In this document: piece by piece, positions 46,937 through 56,414 of the stretch
How the letters are laid out: the number at the start of each line of letters is the position of its first letter
Position numbering within the stretch: position 1 is the first letter of the stretch
Assembly (NCBI GenBank): GCA_963702005.1
Contig: OY969696.1
Location: forward strand, 1,856,001-1,920,000
Length of the DNA stretch: 64,000 nucleotides
Reading direction: 5' to 3'
DNA from: Candidatus Aminicenantes bacterium
GTDB taxonomy: Bacteria > Acidobacteriota > Aminicenantia > Aminicenantales > JAFGBC01
The notes under the pieces: model-generated
Seen by the model: the letters and a program-made list of their open reading frames with translations, nothing else
The model's database searches: none
What the model was told of the DNA's origin: nothing
Position numbers and translations under genes: made by a program

Positions 46937-47788
46937 TCACCTTCGGTACAGGAAGATCGTGTGCTCTTCACCCATCTGGTCCTTCATGGCGAAGGAATCG
47001 ATCTCTATGCTCTTCCAGCTCGGGATGTCGTAGTTGTGGCAGACGACCCGGGCGCCCGGCTTGAGCTGGGCCTCGAACTTGGGCCGGAGCAGCTCGTTCG
47101 ACTCGGGGAGGAGGTAGATGGCCAGGACGGTCGCCTCGGAAATATCGGTCTTGGTCGCGTCCTCGCAGATGAACTTGACGAGGTTTTCGACGCCGGCGGC
47201 CTTGGCCCCGGCCCGCGACTCCATGATCCTGCGGGGGTCGATATCGATCCCGACGCCATGGGCGCCGTAGGTCTTCGCGGCGGTGATGACGATCCGGCCG
47301 TCGCCGCAGCCGAGGTCGTAGACGACGTCCCGGGCGCCAACCTTGGCCATCTCCAGCATCTTTTCGACGATGGGCATGGGCGTCCCGACGTAGGGGGCTA
47401 AGTCCGCGGCGTCCGCGCGGCCGTGGGCGCCTTGGTAAATTTGGAGTTGATCGGCTTCGTCGTAACGGAACGAATAGGGGAGGCCCGAGGCGAGGTTGTT
47501 TTCGACGGTCTTGCCGCCTTTGACGAAGGTCACGACCATGTCCCGGCTCCCCGGGTAGCGGTGGATCGCACCCAGCGGGAGCTCTTTGTAGAGGGGTCGC
47601 TCCGGGGAATCCTGGGGCTTGATCCAATAATGGACGACTTCGTCGGTGACGTTGCGGATCGTGATCTCCGGCTTGGCGGGCGTGGCCGGGAATCCCTCCG
47701 AGCCCTGGCGGCCCGAGGTCAGGATGACGGCCGCCAGGCCGGCCACGACCAGGACGGCTAATAGTCCTATCTCGAGCCTGCGCCTCAT
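46937..47788 (-). CDS. Class I SAM methyltransferase with N-terminal membrane anchor (FAM173/aKMT-like core)
   Basis: APYVGTP, VYDLGCGDGRI, GIDID, IYLLP and LKPGARVVCH. Confidence 0.82.
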   Translation of the reverse strand: MRRRLEIGLLAVLVVAGLAAVILTSGRQGSEGFPATPAKPEITIRNVTDEVVHYWIKPQDSPERPLYKELPLGAIHRYPGSRDMVVTFVKGGKTVENNLASGLPYSFRYDEADQLQIYQGAHGRADAADLAPYVGTPMPIVEKMLEMAKVGARDVVYDLGCGDGRIVITAAKTYGAHGVGIDIDPRRIMESRAGAKAAGVENLVKFICEDATKTDISEATVLAIYLLPESNELLRPKFEAQLKPGARVVCHNYDIPSWKSIEIDSFAMKDQMGEEHTIFLYRR

Positions 47789-47833
47789 GGATAATTCCTC
47801 CGCGGGCTATTTTAACATAAGCTCCGACCGGCG

Positions 47834-47863
47834 AGTCAGACGTTTCATGTTAAATAATTCATT
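47834..47863. repeat. 30-bp imperfect direct repeat, copy 1 (copy 2 at 50225-50254)
   Basis: agtcagacgtttcatgttaaataattcatt versus agtcggccgtttcatgctaaataattcatt, 27/30 identical. Confidence 0.75.
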
Positions 47864-47966
47864 CCCTACAACGATCCGGGCACCGGAAGCTGCGTTATCC
47901 GGATTCTGATCACGGCCTTCGTAGGCATCTCTTTCATCGAAACTTATGATATAATAAAATAATAAA

Positions 47967-50189
47967 ATGGCTTGGCAGCGCCCGCAACATCGTCCCGGCG
48001 CGAGACCGACGATTAATCAAGTTGACCTGGAGGCCAATGGCGCGCTTGCCAACCGGCACCAACTTCTAGTCGATGCGCTAATACTCCTTGGCTTGAGCAG
48101 CCTGGCGATTGCCCAGCCGCTCTTGGACGTGCTGGGACGGGCGGCGGAGTTCTTCATCGCCAGCCGGGCGAAGCCGCTCGATCTAGTGCTTCTCGTCATC
48201 TTGCTCTGCCTGATAATCCCGGGGGTTTTAATCGGCCTTGAGCTGCTGTCCGGAATGCTGGGCAAGCGAGCGCGGGCCAAGGTGCACCTGGTGTTCGTGG
48301 GGTTGCTCTCAGCCGTGATCGCCCTTCCGCTCATCAAGCGGTTTGGCGCCGTGCCGCTTCTTGTCGAGCTGCTGACGGCGACCGTCGTGGGCGTCGCAAT
48401 CGGGCTGAGCTATCTTAAACTCCGTCCGGTCAGGGTGTTTTTGGCTTTTCTTGGGGTCGCGACGCTGGTTGTTCCGGCCAACTTCATTTTTAATACCGGG
48501 GCCGCGAGGGTCCTGTTTTCCAAGAGCGTAGCGGCCATGGATACCAAAATTACCGCCCGCGCGCCGGTCGTTATGGTCATATTTGACGAATTGCCGTTGA
48601 CTTCGCTCCTGACCGAGCGCTATCAGATTGATAGGGTGCGCTACCCCAACTTTGCCGCTTTATCCCAAGAGGCCACCTGGTTCCGCAACGCGACTTGCGT
48701 CTCTACGATAACCCTTCGGGCGATTCCGTGTATTTTATCCGGTAACTATCCAAAAGCCGGGCTCATGCCGACTTGGAACGACTATCCGCACAGCTTATTC
48801 ACGCTGCTCGGCGGGTCCTATGAAATGCACGTTTTTGAGCCGTGCACCCATTTGTGTCCGGATCAACTCTCGGCTCCGCTCCAGGCGTCTCTTGCATTCA
48901 TCGAGAGGATAGGGAAGATGCTCAATGATGTGGCGATCGTTTACGGCCATATCGTCCTGCCCGATGCCTGGGCGGCCCATCTTCCTTCCGTCGCCGATAA
49001 GTGGAATGACTTTGCAGGGGACGCTGAAAAGCCCGCCGGCGACAAAAAGGCCGTCAGCGGGGCGGGTCCGGGGCGACGGCCGTCGCTCTTCAACGACAAG
49101 GACCGCCGCGCGATGTTTGCGGCGTTTGTCGGCTCGATCAAGCCATCCGATCGCCCGGCGCTATACTTCGCGCATGTTGAGATTCCGCACCCGCCGTTCC
49201 AATACCTTCCCTCCGGCAAGGTTTACGCGCTGAATAATTTTGTCAACGAGGGCTTGAATAACTATCTATGGCAGAAAGATCCCGCTCCCGTCCTCTATCA
49301 GTATCAACGGCATCTGCTCCAAGTCGGCTTCGCCGACAAGCTGCTCGGCGACTTGCTCGCCAAGCTGAAAGAAAGCGGCCTCTACGATCCGGCCCTCGTC
49401 GTCGTGATGTCGGACCATGGGGTATGCTTTATTCCGGGCGACAAACACCGCGGCGTCTCGGAAACAAACTACCGGGACATTCTGCCGGTCCCGCTGTTCA
49501 TCAAGGCGCCCGGCCAGCACGAGGGGATTATCAGCGAGCGGGTCGTGGAGACGATCGATGTCCTGCCGACGATGGCGGACCTGCTGGATATCTCATTGCC
49601 CTGGGCCGTGGACGGCCGCTCGGCGTTCGATACCTCCCAACCCGAGAAGGATATTAAATTTGAAGGCATCCAGGGCAAAATATTTTCCTCCCGGACGAGC
49701 GAGATGATGGAAGCGATCAAACGTAAAACAGAGCTGTTCGGCGGCGACTGCGCTTGGGATCGGCTGTTTAGCGCCCGTACCTACAAGAATCTGATCAAAC
49801 GGCGGCTCGAGGAATTTCCGATAGACAGCGGCCCGGAGGCCCGCCTTGAGCTGGACAACGTCGACGATTACGCCGCCGTTGATCCTCATTCCGATTTCGT
49901 GCCGCTGCGGATCCGGGGGAGAATCTTTCCCGGCGAGGGTCAGGGCGGGCCATTTACCTTGGCAATCGCCGTCAATCACACGATCCGGGCGATCACCGAG
50001 ACATTCCCTTGGCGGGGCAACCGAGACTGGTTCGTCGCTATGGTTCCCGAGGATTCTTTCCAGCCTGGATCGAACTCCATTCAGGTCGTCATTGTCACGG
50101 GATCCGAAAACCAGCCCCGGTTTCAACTCCTGCAACTCCAACGTTCCAAGAAAAATCGAATGCCAAGGGAAGGCGAAGAACAAAAGTAG
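47967..50189 (+). CDS. Membrane sulfatase-like/LTA-synthase-like transferase (alkaline phosphatase superfamily)
   Basis: About 5 N-terminal TM helices, VIFDELP, NATCVSTITLRAIP, HVEIPHPP, SDHG, VPLFIK and DVLPT. The start is uncertain. Confidence 0.8.
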   Translation: MAWQRPQHRPGARPTINQVDLEANGALANRHQLLVDALILLGLSSLAIAQPLLDVLGRAAEFFIASRAKPLDLVLLVILLCLIIPGVLIGLELLSGMLGKRARAKVHLVFVGLLSAVIALPLIKRFGAVPLLVELLTATVVGVAIGLSYLKLRPVRVFLAFLGVATLVVPANFIFNTGAARVLFSKSVAAMDTKITARAPVVMVIFDELPLTSLLTERYQIDRVRYPNFAALSQEATWFRNATCVSTITLRAIPCILSGNYPKAGLMPTWNDYPHSLFTLLGGSYEMHVFEPCTHLCPDQLSAPLQASLAFIERIGKMLNDVAIVYGHIVLPDAWAAHLPSVADKWNDFAGDAEKPAGDKKAVSGAGPGRRPSLFNDKDRRAMFAAFVGSIKPSDRPALYFAHVEIPHPPFQYLPSGKVYALNNFVNEGLNNYLWQKDPAPVLYQYQRHLLQVGFADKLLGDLLAKLKESGLYDPALVVVMSDHGVCFIPGDKHRGVSETNYRDILPVPLFIKAPGQHEGIISERVVETIDVLPTMADLLDISLPWAVDGRSAFDTSQPEKDIKFEGIQGKIFSSRTSEMMEAIKRKTELFGGDCAWDRLFSARTYKNLIKRRLEEFPIDSGPEARLELDNVDDYAAVDPHSDFVPLRIRGRIFPGEGQGGPFTLAIAVNHTIRAITETFPWRGNRDWFVAMVPEDSFQPGSNSIQVVIVTGSENQPRFQLLQLQRSKKNRMPREGEEQK

Positions 50190-50218
50190 AAGAAAAGGAG
50201 ATAAGAGCTAGGCTTTAA

Positions 50219-50247
50219 TTGACAAGTCGGCCGTTTCATGCTAAATA
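50219..50247 (+). promoter_or_regulatory. Sigma70-type promoter for the peptide / kinase-methyltransferase / transferase operon
   Basis: TTGACA, 17-nt spacer, TAAATA preceded by TG. Confidence 0.6.
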
Positions 50248-50269
50248 ATTCATTTTTGAGAAGGAAATA

Positions 50270-50494
50270 ATGAGAGCATTCAAACACAAAGCGTTGCTGG
50301 CGGCCGGTGTCCTGGCCTTCCTCCTAGGCTTCCCCAAGCCGAACTATGCCTACATCGATCCGGGCACCGGAAGCTACGTCATCCAGATTCTGATCGCGGC
50401 CTTCGTCAGCATTTCCTTCGCCATCAGGATCTTTTGGAAGAAGATCAAGGCCTTCCTTCTGAAGCTCTTCAAGAAAGACAGGCATGAGGAGTGA
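50270..50494 (+). CDS. Small exported membrane peptide with YIDPGTGS motif
   Basis: AAGGA RBS, a signal-peptide-like N-terminus ending NYA, then YIDPGTGSY, a TM helix and a Lys-rich tail. Overlaps the next gene by 11 nt. Confidence 0.8.
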   Translation: MRAFKHKALLAAGVLAFLLGFPKPNYAYIDPGTGSYVIQILIAAFVSISFAIRIFWKKIKAFLLKLFKKDRHEE

Positions 50495-51869
50495 CTGGTC
50501 GGAGCTCGCCGGCTCCTTCCGCGATCCGAGCGGCTTTCTGTTCGTAAAGGGCGGCATCCTCTACCGCCAGGTCAATCAAGCCTATCGAGACGATTACGAC
50601 CATCTCATCGGCTCGGGGCTCTACGAGCGCCTGGCCGGGTCCAGCCTCCTGATCCGGCACGAGGAGACGACCCTGGCGCCGGCCCTGCCCGCTCTCGCCT
50701 ACAAGGTCATCAAGCCCGAGCCGGTCCCTTTCATCTCCTACCCCTATGAATGGTGCTTCAGCCAGCTCAAGGACGCGGCCCTGGCCACTCTCCGCATCCA
50801 GAAGACGGCCCTCGAGTTCCAGATGGTCCTCAAGGACGCCAGCGCCTACAACGTCCAGTTCCGGGACGGCGCCCCCGTCTTCATCGACACCCTGTCCTTC
50901 GAGGTCGTCCGGGACTGGAAGCCGTGGGTCGCCTACCGCCAGTTCTGCCAGCATTTCCTGGCGCCCTTGCTCCTGATGGCCCGCAAGGACGAGCGGTTCG
51001 GCCTCTGGCTGAGGATCTTTATCGACGGGATTCCGCTCGACCTGGCCAGCCGGAGCCTTCCCTTCCGAACCCGCTTCGCGCCCGGCATCCTGGCCCACAT
51101 TCACGCCCACGCCGCCAGCCAGAAGCATTACGCTTCGAGGACGGAGAAGCTCAAGGAGAGGCGGTTCAGCCGGACGGCCCTGCTGGGGCTCGTGGACAGC
51201 CTGGAGTCCAATATCCGGAAGCTCCGCTTCCACTCCAAGGAAACCGAGTGGGGGGATTATTACCAGGACACCAACTACACGGCCGAAGGCCACGAGCATA
51301 AAAAAAGGACCATCGGTGAATTCCTGGACGTCGTCAAGCCGGGGACGGTCTGGGACTTGGGGGCCAACACGGGCCTCTTCAGCCGGATCGCGAGCTCGCG
51401 GGGCATTAGGACGATCTCCTTCGACGTCGACCCCCTGGCCGTCGAGAGGAATTACCGGGAGATGGCCGCCAAGAAGGAAACCAACCTGCTGCCCCTGGTC
51501 ATGGACCTGACCAACCCGAGCCCCGGCGTCGGTTGGGACAACCGGGAGCGGATGTCGCTCGAGGAGCGGGGGCCGGCCGACGCCGCCTTCGCCCTGGCCC
51601 TCATCCATCACCTGGCCATCTCCAACAACCTTCCCTTCGACCGGATCGCGGCCTATTTCCGGAAAATCTGCCGGTTCCTCGTCATCGAATTCGTGCCCAA
51701 GGACGACTCCCAGGTTCGGCGGCTCCTGGTCACCCGCGAGGACATTTTCGGCGGCTATACCCAGGCCCGGTTCGAGGAGGAGTTCGAGAGGGCCTTCAAG
51801 ATTCTCCGCTCCGTTCCCATCCGGGATTCGGCCCGGACTCTTTATTTAATGCAGGCGAAGCCGGCTTAG
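50484..51869 (+). CDS. NoeA-like fusion: protein-kinase-like N-terminal domain + class I SAM methyltransferase
   Basis: SFRDPSGF, SYPYEWCF, LKDASAYN (catalytic-loop-like) and FIDTLS (DFG-like). The C-terminal half has WDLGANTG and LALIHHL. Confidence 0.82.
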   Translation: MRSDWSELAGSFRDPSGFLFVKGGILYRQVNQAYRDDYDHLIGSGLYERLAGSSLLIRHEETTLAPALPALAYKVIKPEPVPFISYPYEWCFSQLKDAALATLRIQKTALEFQMVLKDASAYNVQFRDGAPVFIDTLSFEVVRDWKPWVAYRQFCQHFLAPLLLMARKDERFGLWLRIFIDGIPLDLASRSLPFRTRFAPGILAHIHAHAASQKHYASRTEKLKERRFSRTALLGLVDSLESNIRKLRFHSKETEWGDYYQDTNYTAEGHEHKKRTIGEFLDVVKPGTVWDLGANTGLFSRIASSRGIRTISFDVDPLAVERNYREMAAKKETNLLPLVMDLTNPSPGVGWDNRERMSLEERGPADAAFALALIHHLAISNNLPFDRIAAYFRKICRFLVIEFVPKDDSQVRRLLVTREDIFGGYTQARFEEEFERAFKILRSVPIRDSARTLYLMQAKPA

Positions 51870-51876
51870 GAGCGCG

Positions 51877-53442
51877 ATGAAAATTCTCAGGAACCTCTAT
51901 CCGTTTCTGTACGCCTTGTTTCCCCCTCTCTCCCTCTATACTTACAACATCGAAGAGGTCGAGGTCAGCGTCATCTTCGTCCCGATCGCCGCGGCGCTGG
52001 CTTTGACCGCCCTGTTCTGGCTGGCCGCCCGGGCCTTCGTCCGGGACCGGCGCAAGGCGGCGTTGCTCACCTTCCTGGCGGCCTTCATGGCCCTGTCCTT
52101 CGGCCATTTCCTGAACTTCGTCCGGACGACCCCTCTGGGCAATCCCCGGCTTTCCGTCGTCCTTCCCATGGCCGTCTGGATCCTCCTGTTCGGCGTTCTG
52201 GGAGCGCTCGTTCTTCGGACCCGCAAGGACCTCGGGGCGCTGGTCTCGATCCTGTCGACCTTCGTCCTGCTTTTAATCGTCCTGTCTCTCGTCCAGATCG
52301 GACTTTTTCACTTGGGGTCGCTCCGAAATCGCGCCGCCGACGGGGGCTTAGCCGAGGAAATCAAGACGCTCCAGGCCGGAGCGCCGCCTCGAGACAAGCT
52401 CCCCGACATCTATTACCTCATTTTCGACCGCTACGGCAACGAGGGAGTCCTCAAGGAATACTTCGGCTACGACAATTCGGGGTTTGCCGAGTACCTGACC
52501 CGGAGCGGATTCTACGTCGCGTCGGAGAGCCGCTGCAACTATCCCGGGACCTTCCTGTCCTTGACGAGCTCCCTCAACATGGACTATCTCAACGGCCTCA
52601 TTGAAAAGGGCGCGATCCGCAAACGGGTCATCCTCCGCATGCTCCAGGACTTCAAGGTCTGGCGGCTCCTCAAGCCCCTCGGCTACCGCTACCTCCATCT
52701 TGGTTCTTGGTACGAGCCGACCAAGTCGAACCCGCGGGCCGACCTCAACTTCCAGGGCGCCGGTCTGCTCGGCCTCAACCAGGAATTCCTCCTCAAGTTC
52801 ATCGAGTCGACCGTCTTCAATCCCCTGGCCAAGGGTTCGCTCATGTTTCCCAAGGCCCGCGACAGCATCCTCCAGAAATTCGAGCTCCTGACCAAGATCC
52901 CCGAGATGGAGGGGCCCAAGTTCGTCTTCATGCACATGCTGCTGCCCCATCATCCCTTCGTTTTCGGCCCGGACGGCCGCCTTCCCGACCGGAAGACGGC
53001 CAAGACGAAAACCCAGGACCAGAAGTACATCGACCAGGTCATTTTCGCCAACAGCAAGATCGTGGCCGTCCTCGGCTCGATCCTGGCCAAGTCCAAAACG
53101 CCGCCCATCATCATCGTTCAAGCGGACGAAGGGCCCGGCGACGAGGAAAAGCCCTTGGCCCTCCTGAAGGAGTCCGACTCTAAAATGAGGGCCGTCCTCA
53201 ACGTCCGGATCCGCTGCGGGATTCTGAACGCCTACCACCTTCCCGGCGTAGACGCCAGCGCGCTTTCGCAGACCATCTCCCCGGTCAACACCTTCCGGCT
53301 TATTTTCAACCTCTATTTCGGCGGACGCTACCCGCTCCTCGAAGATAAGACTTTTCACGCGACCCAGGACAAGACGACCGTCAAGGATTTCAAGCTAGTC
53401 CCCGTCAGCCTCTTGGCCGTCTCCCCGAGCCGGACTCCTTGA
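51877..53442 (+). CDS. Membrane sulfatase-like/LTA-synthase-like transferase
   Basis: About 5 N-terminal TM helices, PDIYYLIFDRY, CNYPGTFLSLTSSLNMDY, HMLLPHHPF, QADEG and SPVNTFR. Confidence 0.82.
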   Translation: MKILRNLYPFLYALFPPLSLYTYNIEEVEVSVIFVPIAAALALTALFWLAARAFVRDRRKAALLTFLAAFMALSFGHFLNFVRTTPLGNPRLSVVLPMAVWILLFGVLGALVLRTRKDLGALVSILSTFVLLLIVLSLVQIGLFHLGSLRNRAADGGLAEEIKTLQAGAPPRDKLPDIYYLIFDRYGNEGVLKEYFGYDNSGFAEYLTRSGFYVASESRCNYPGTFLSLTSSLNMDYLNGLIEKGAIRKRVILRMLQDFKVWRLLKPLGYRYLHLGSWYEPTKSNPRADLNFQGAGLLGLNQEFLLKFIESTVFNPLAKGSLMFPKARDSILQKFELLTKIPEMEGPKFVFMHMLLPHHPFVFGPDGRLPDRKTAKTKTQDQKYIDQVIFANSKIVAVLGSILAKSKTPPIIIVQADEGPGDEEKPLALLKESDSKMRAVLNVRIRCGILNAYHLPGVDASALSQTISPVNTFRLIFNLYFGGRYPLLEDKTFHATQDKTTVKDFKLVPVSLLAVSPSRTP

Positions 53443-53475
53443 GTTCGGGCTATCGGGCTACGAATTCCCGCTGAG

Positions 53476-55578
53476 TCAGGGGTTTCTAGCGTTCGGCGAT
53501 CGAACGGTCGCGGCGCCGCTCGAGAATTTCGTCACAAAAAGATCGAAATCTTTCGCGTACGTCTTCTGATAGGGCTTGAGCACGGGGAAATCGGGGCTGA
53601 TGGTCAAGCCGACCAGATAGATTCCTCCCTTGAGGTCCAGGGCTAGTTTTACTCCGAAATCTATGTATTGACCTCCCAGGTAGGTCGAATAGAGAAGGCT
53701 CTGACCGTTCGCGGCGAGGATCGATAAAAACGCGTCCTGGTTTCCCTTGAGCTTGGTTTGGTAAGGATTTTTAAGGGGCAAGTCGGGGCTTCCCGTGCCT
53801 CCAAAGATATAGACCGCGCCGCTTCCGTCTAAGGCGATGCCCTCCCCAGCGTCATCCCCAGCGCCGCCGAAATAGGTCGAGTAAACGAGCCTCTTTCCGT
53901 CGGGCGAGAACTTCGTCACGAAAGTATCGGCGTTACCCTTGCGGTTCTTCTGGAAAGCGTTTTTAACGGGAAAATTCCCGTTGGTCACGCCGACGACATA
54001 GGCGGATCCGCTGCCGTCAAGAGCCAAACCATACGCATATTCCACGGCCGAGCCTCCCAGATAACTGGAGTAAACAAGGTCTTTTCCGGACGGCGCGAGC
54101 TTCGCGATGAACGCATCCTCATAGCCGCCGAAGTTTTTTTGAAATGCGTTCTTGACGGGGAAATTGTTGCCGTCGGTAGATCCGCAGACATAGACGGAGC
54201 CCGTTCCGTCGACCGCCAGGCCATAGAGATAATCTCTATGCGTGGATCCCAGATACGTCGAATAGACGAGGCTCTTTCCGTCCGGAGTGAATTTTGAGAT
54301 GAACGCGTTATAGGCCCCTGCCAGGGATTTTTGGAATGGGTTCTTGACGGGGAAGTTTTTGCTCGTCGTCGCGCCGCCAACATAGACGGCTCCCGCCCCA
54401 TCGATCGCCAGGGACCCGCTCCAATCATCGCCCGAGCCGCCGAGGAAAGAAGAAAAGGCCAGGCTTTTTCCGCTGGGAGCCAGCTCAAGGAGGAAACCGT
54501 CGCAACGGCCGCCTCCGTACGTCTTCTGGAATGCGTTCTTGACGGGAAAACTGTGGCTAAAGGTGGTGCCCAAGACATAGACAGCTCCGGTCCCCGTCAC
54601 GCCGATCTGGGGGTATCCCCCTTCCCCTCCGCCGGCCGCCGGGAAGAAAGCGGAATAGACAAGGCTCTTCCCGTCCGGCGAGAGCTTCGAGACGAACACA
54701 TCTTTTCTGGGGAGCGTTTGTGAGGTGGGCGGGAAGTCGGAGCTTTCCGTATAACCTACGACATAGACGGCTCCGGTCTTGTCAAGGGCGATGGAGCTGC
54801 CGACATCGAAGCCGTGCCCTCCCAGATATGTCGAGAAGACCAAGACCACGGGGTCGATGACGAGGGCGAAGCGGGCGTTGTATGAGCCGATGGCAAATCC
54901 ATACGCGTCAGTCTCTGTTTTTCGGAACGCCGCCTGGACATCGACTTTGCGGCCGTCGATGATCTGATAGCAGATCGGGCGGCGATGGACGAGCCGGCCG
55001 GACGGAGTCTCGACAATAAGATTCCCCTCCCGGTCCAAACTCGTTTTAGAAACTCCGGAATAGGACCACCGGATACGATCGGGCCGCCCCCCGGCCTTGA
55101 CGATCCAATCGTATTCGACCTGCCGCTCCGCGCCGTAGACCTTGAGGTCGATTCCTTCGTAAAGGCTTTTATAGACAACCGCCCGCGAGGTCGGAAGGTC
55201 CGTCGTCCACTCGGATTCGTCGCTGCCGTAGAAATAACTCACCCGATAGTCCGCCGGGTCCGAGGCCATGACTTCGGCTTTGGTATTGGCGTTTTTGAAA
55301 ATCAATCGGGAAACAGAACAGTCAGCTTTGCCATTGGAAGCCACAAGCGTTCTATCGAACGTTAATCCATCCCCGGTCAGCCATAATGTGTAGCCTTCCG
55401 TTTTCGCGAAGTAGAGCGCTTCCTTGTCCGCCTGCCCTTGGTTGGCGATAAAATACAAGGGAGCGGACCCGAAATTCGGATGGATGCTCAAAGGGGCCAT
55501 GGGCCGGACACCGTCCGAGATAGAGAACGCCATGCCGCCGACAACAAGAAGTCCGAGAAAAATGAAACCCTTTTTCAT
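53476..55578 (-). CDS. Secreted SBBP-repeat (beta-propeller) protein
   Basis: FIANQGQ, LYEGID, LVIDPV, and about 7 repeats of YSTYLGG...IALD..GAVYV.G.T.S.DFP.KN.FQ. Confidence 0.9.
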   Translation of the reverse strand: MKKGFIFLGLLVVGGMAFSISDGVRPMAPLSIHPNFGSAPLYFIANQGQADKEALYFAKTEGYTLWLTGDGLTFDRTLVASNGKADCSVSRLIFKNANTKAEVMASDPADYRVSYFYGSDESEWTTDLPTSRAVVYKSLYEGIDLKVYGAERQVEYDWIVKAGGRPDRIRWSYSGVSKTSLDREGNLIVETPSGRLVHRRPICYQIIDGRKVDVQAAFRKTETDAYGFAIGSYNARFALVIDPVVLVFSTYLGGHGFDVGSSIALDKTGAVYVVGYTESSDFPPTSQTLPRKDVFVSKLSPDGKSLVYSAFFPAAGGGEGGYPQIGVTGTGAVYVLGTTFSHSFPVKNAFQKTYGGGRCDGFLLELAPSGKSLAFSSFLGGSGDDWSGSLAIDGAGAVYVGGATTSKNFPVKNPFQKSLAGAYNAFISKFTPDGKSLVYSTYLGSTHRDYLYGLAVDGTGSVYVCGSTDGNNFPVKNAFQKNFGGYEDAFIAKLAPSGKDLVYSSYLGGSAVEYAYGLALDGSGSAYVVGVTNGNFPVKNAFQKNRKGNADTFVTKFSPDGKRLVYSTYFGGAGDDAGEGIALDGSGAVYIFGGTGSPDLPLKNPYQTKLKGNQDAFLSILAANGQSLLYSTYLGGQYIDFGVKLALDLKGGIYLVGLTISPDFPVLKPYQKTYAKDFDLFVTKFSSGAATVRSPNARNP

Positions 55579-55616
55579 TTGTCTCTCCGATCAATGACCA
55601 GTATATACTTTTGCGA

Positions 55617-55689
55617 ATATTAGAACGCCGGTCCCCCTTTGTCAAGGCCCGTTAAAATGTTGACATCGATCCGGGGCCGGGCATATGAT
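55617..55689. promoter_or_regulatory. Back-to-back divergent sigma70-type promoters
   Basis: Minus strand: TTGACA (55645-55640), 17 nt, TAATAT. Plus strand: TTGACA (55660-55665), 18 nt, TATGAT. Confidence 0.6.
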
Positions 55690-55712
55690 TTCTCGCAGGG
55701 AGTCTAAGCCTA

Positions 55713-56414
55713 ATGAATAATTTTAATCCTAATTGGCCCATCTATGCGGGAGCCATAGGCGTGTTGCTGGGTCTGTTATTCATTCTGACATTTTTCTACA
55801 GGCGCATTCGCTGGCTGGTCGGGAAAGCCGGCCGAAAGAAAACAGCCTCTCCCAAACTGTGGTCAAGCCTGCGAAACCTTGTCCTCATCTTGCTGTGGAC
55901 CTCCGTATTCGGAATGGTGCTTTTCATGGGGTTTTTCTTCCGGGCCTATCAAGCCTTCACCTACGAAAAGCCCGTCGCCAGAGTTGTCACGCAGGCAGGG
56001 GAGCCCGGCGGCAGAAACATGCTGACGCTGACTCAATTCGGGCCCGCTGGGGCCGAAACCATAAGACAATATCCCATCAAGGGCGACCAGTGGATGCTTG
56101 AGGGGGATATTCTGAAATGGCCCAACTGGCTGAATTTTTTAGGCAAGCACACCCGTTTCCGATTGACCCGACTCAGGGGACGTTACATTCAAGCCAAGGA
56201 CGAGCTCTCCAAAGAGGCGACCGTCTATCCTCTTGTCCGGGATGAGGACCATCCGCTCTGGAGATATCTATACAAGTTCGGCCATAAGACGCCCTTTGTC
56301 AGCACGGTCTATGGAAATTCCGTTTTTCAAACGGCCGGAGAAAACGACCGTTTCCTGGTTTACGTCGGGACGTCCGGATTCATCGTGAGACACGAAGAGC
56401 CGCCGCGGCGATGA
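55713..56414 (+). CDS. Hypothetical membrane protein
   Basis: Two TM helices, then a soluble domain (GDQW...RLTRLRGRY...VYGNSVF). Promoter and RBS upstream. Confidence 0.7.
   Translation: MNNFNPNWPIYAGAIGVLLGLLFILTFFYRRIRWLVGKAGRKKTASPKLWSSLRNLVLILLWTSVFGMVLFMGFFFRAYQAFTYEKPVARVVTQAGEPGGRNMLTLTQFGPAGAETIRQYPIKGDQWMLEGDILKWPNWLNFLGKHTRFRLTRLRGRYIQAKDELSKEATVYPLVRDEDHPLWRYLYKFGHKTPFVSTVYGNSVFQTAGENDRFLVYVGTSGFIVRHEEPPRR

Noticed and set aside
53476-54850. Periodic DNA repeats as a CRISPR array or similar
   Set aside because: They are degenerate coding repeats of SBBP blades. I saw no repeat-spacer array anywhere in the window.
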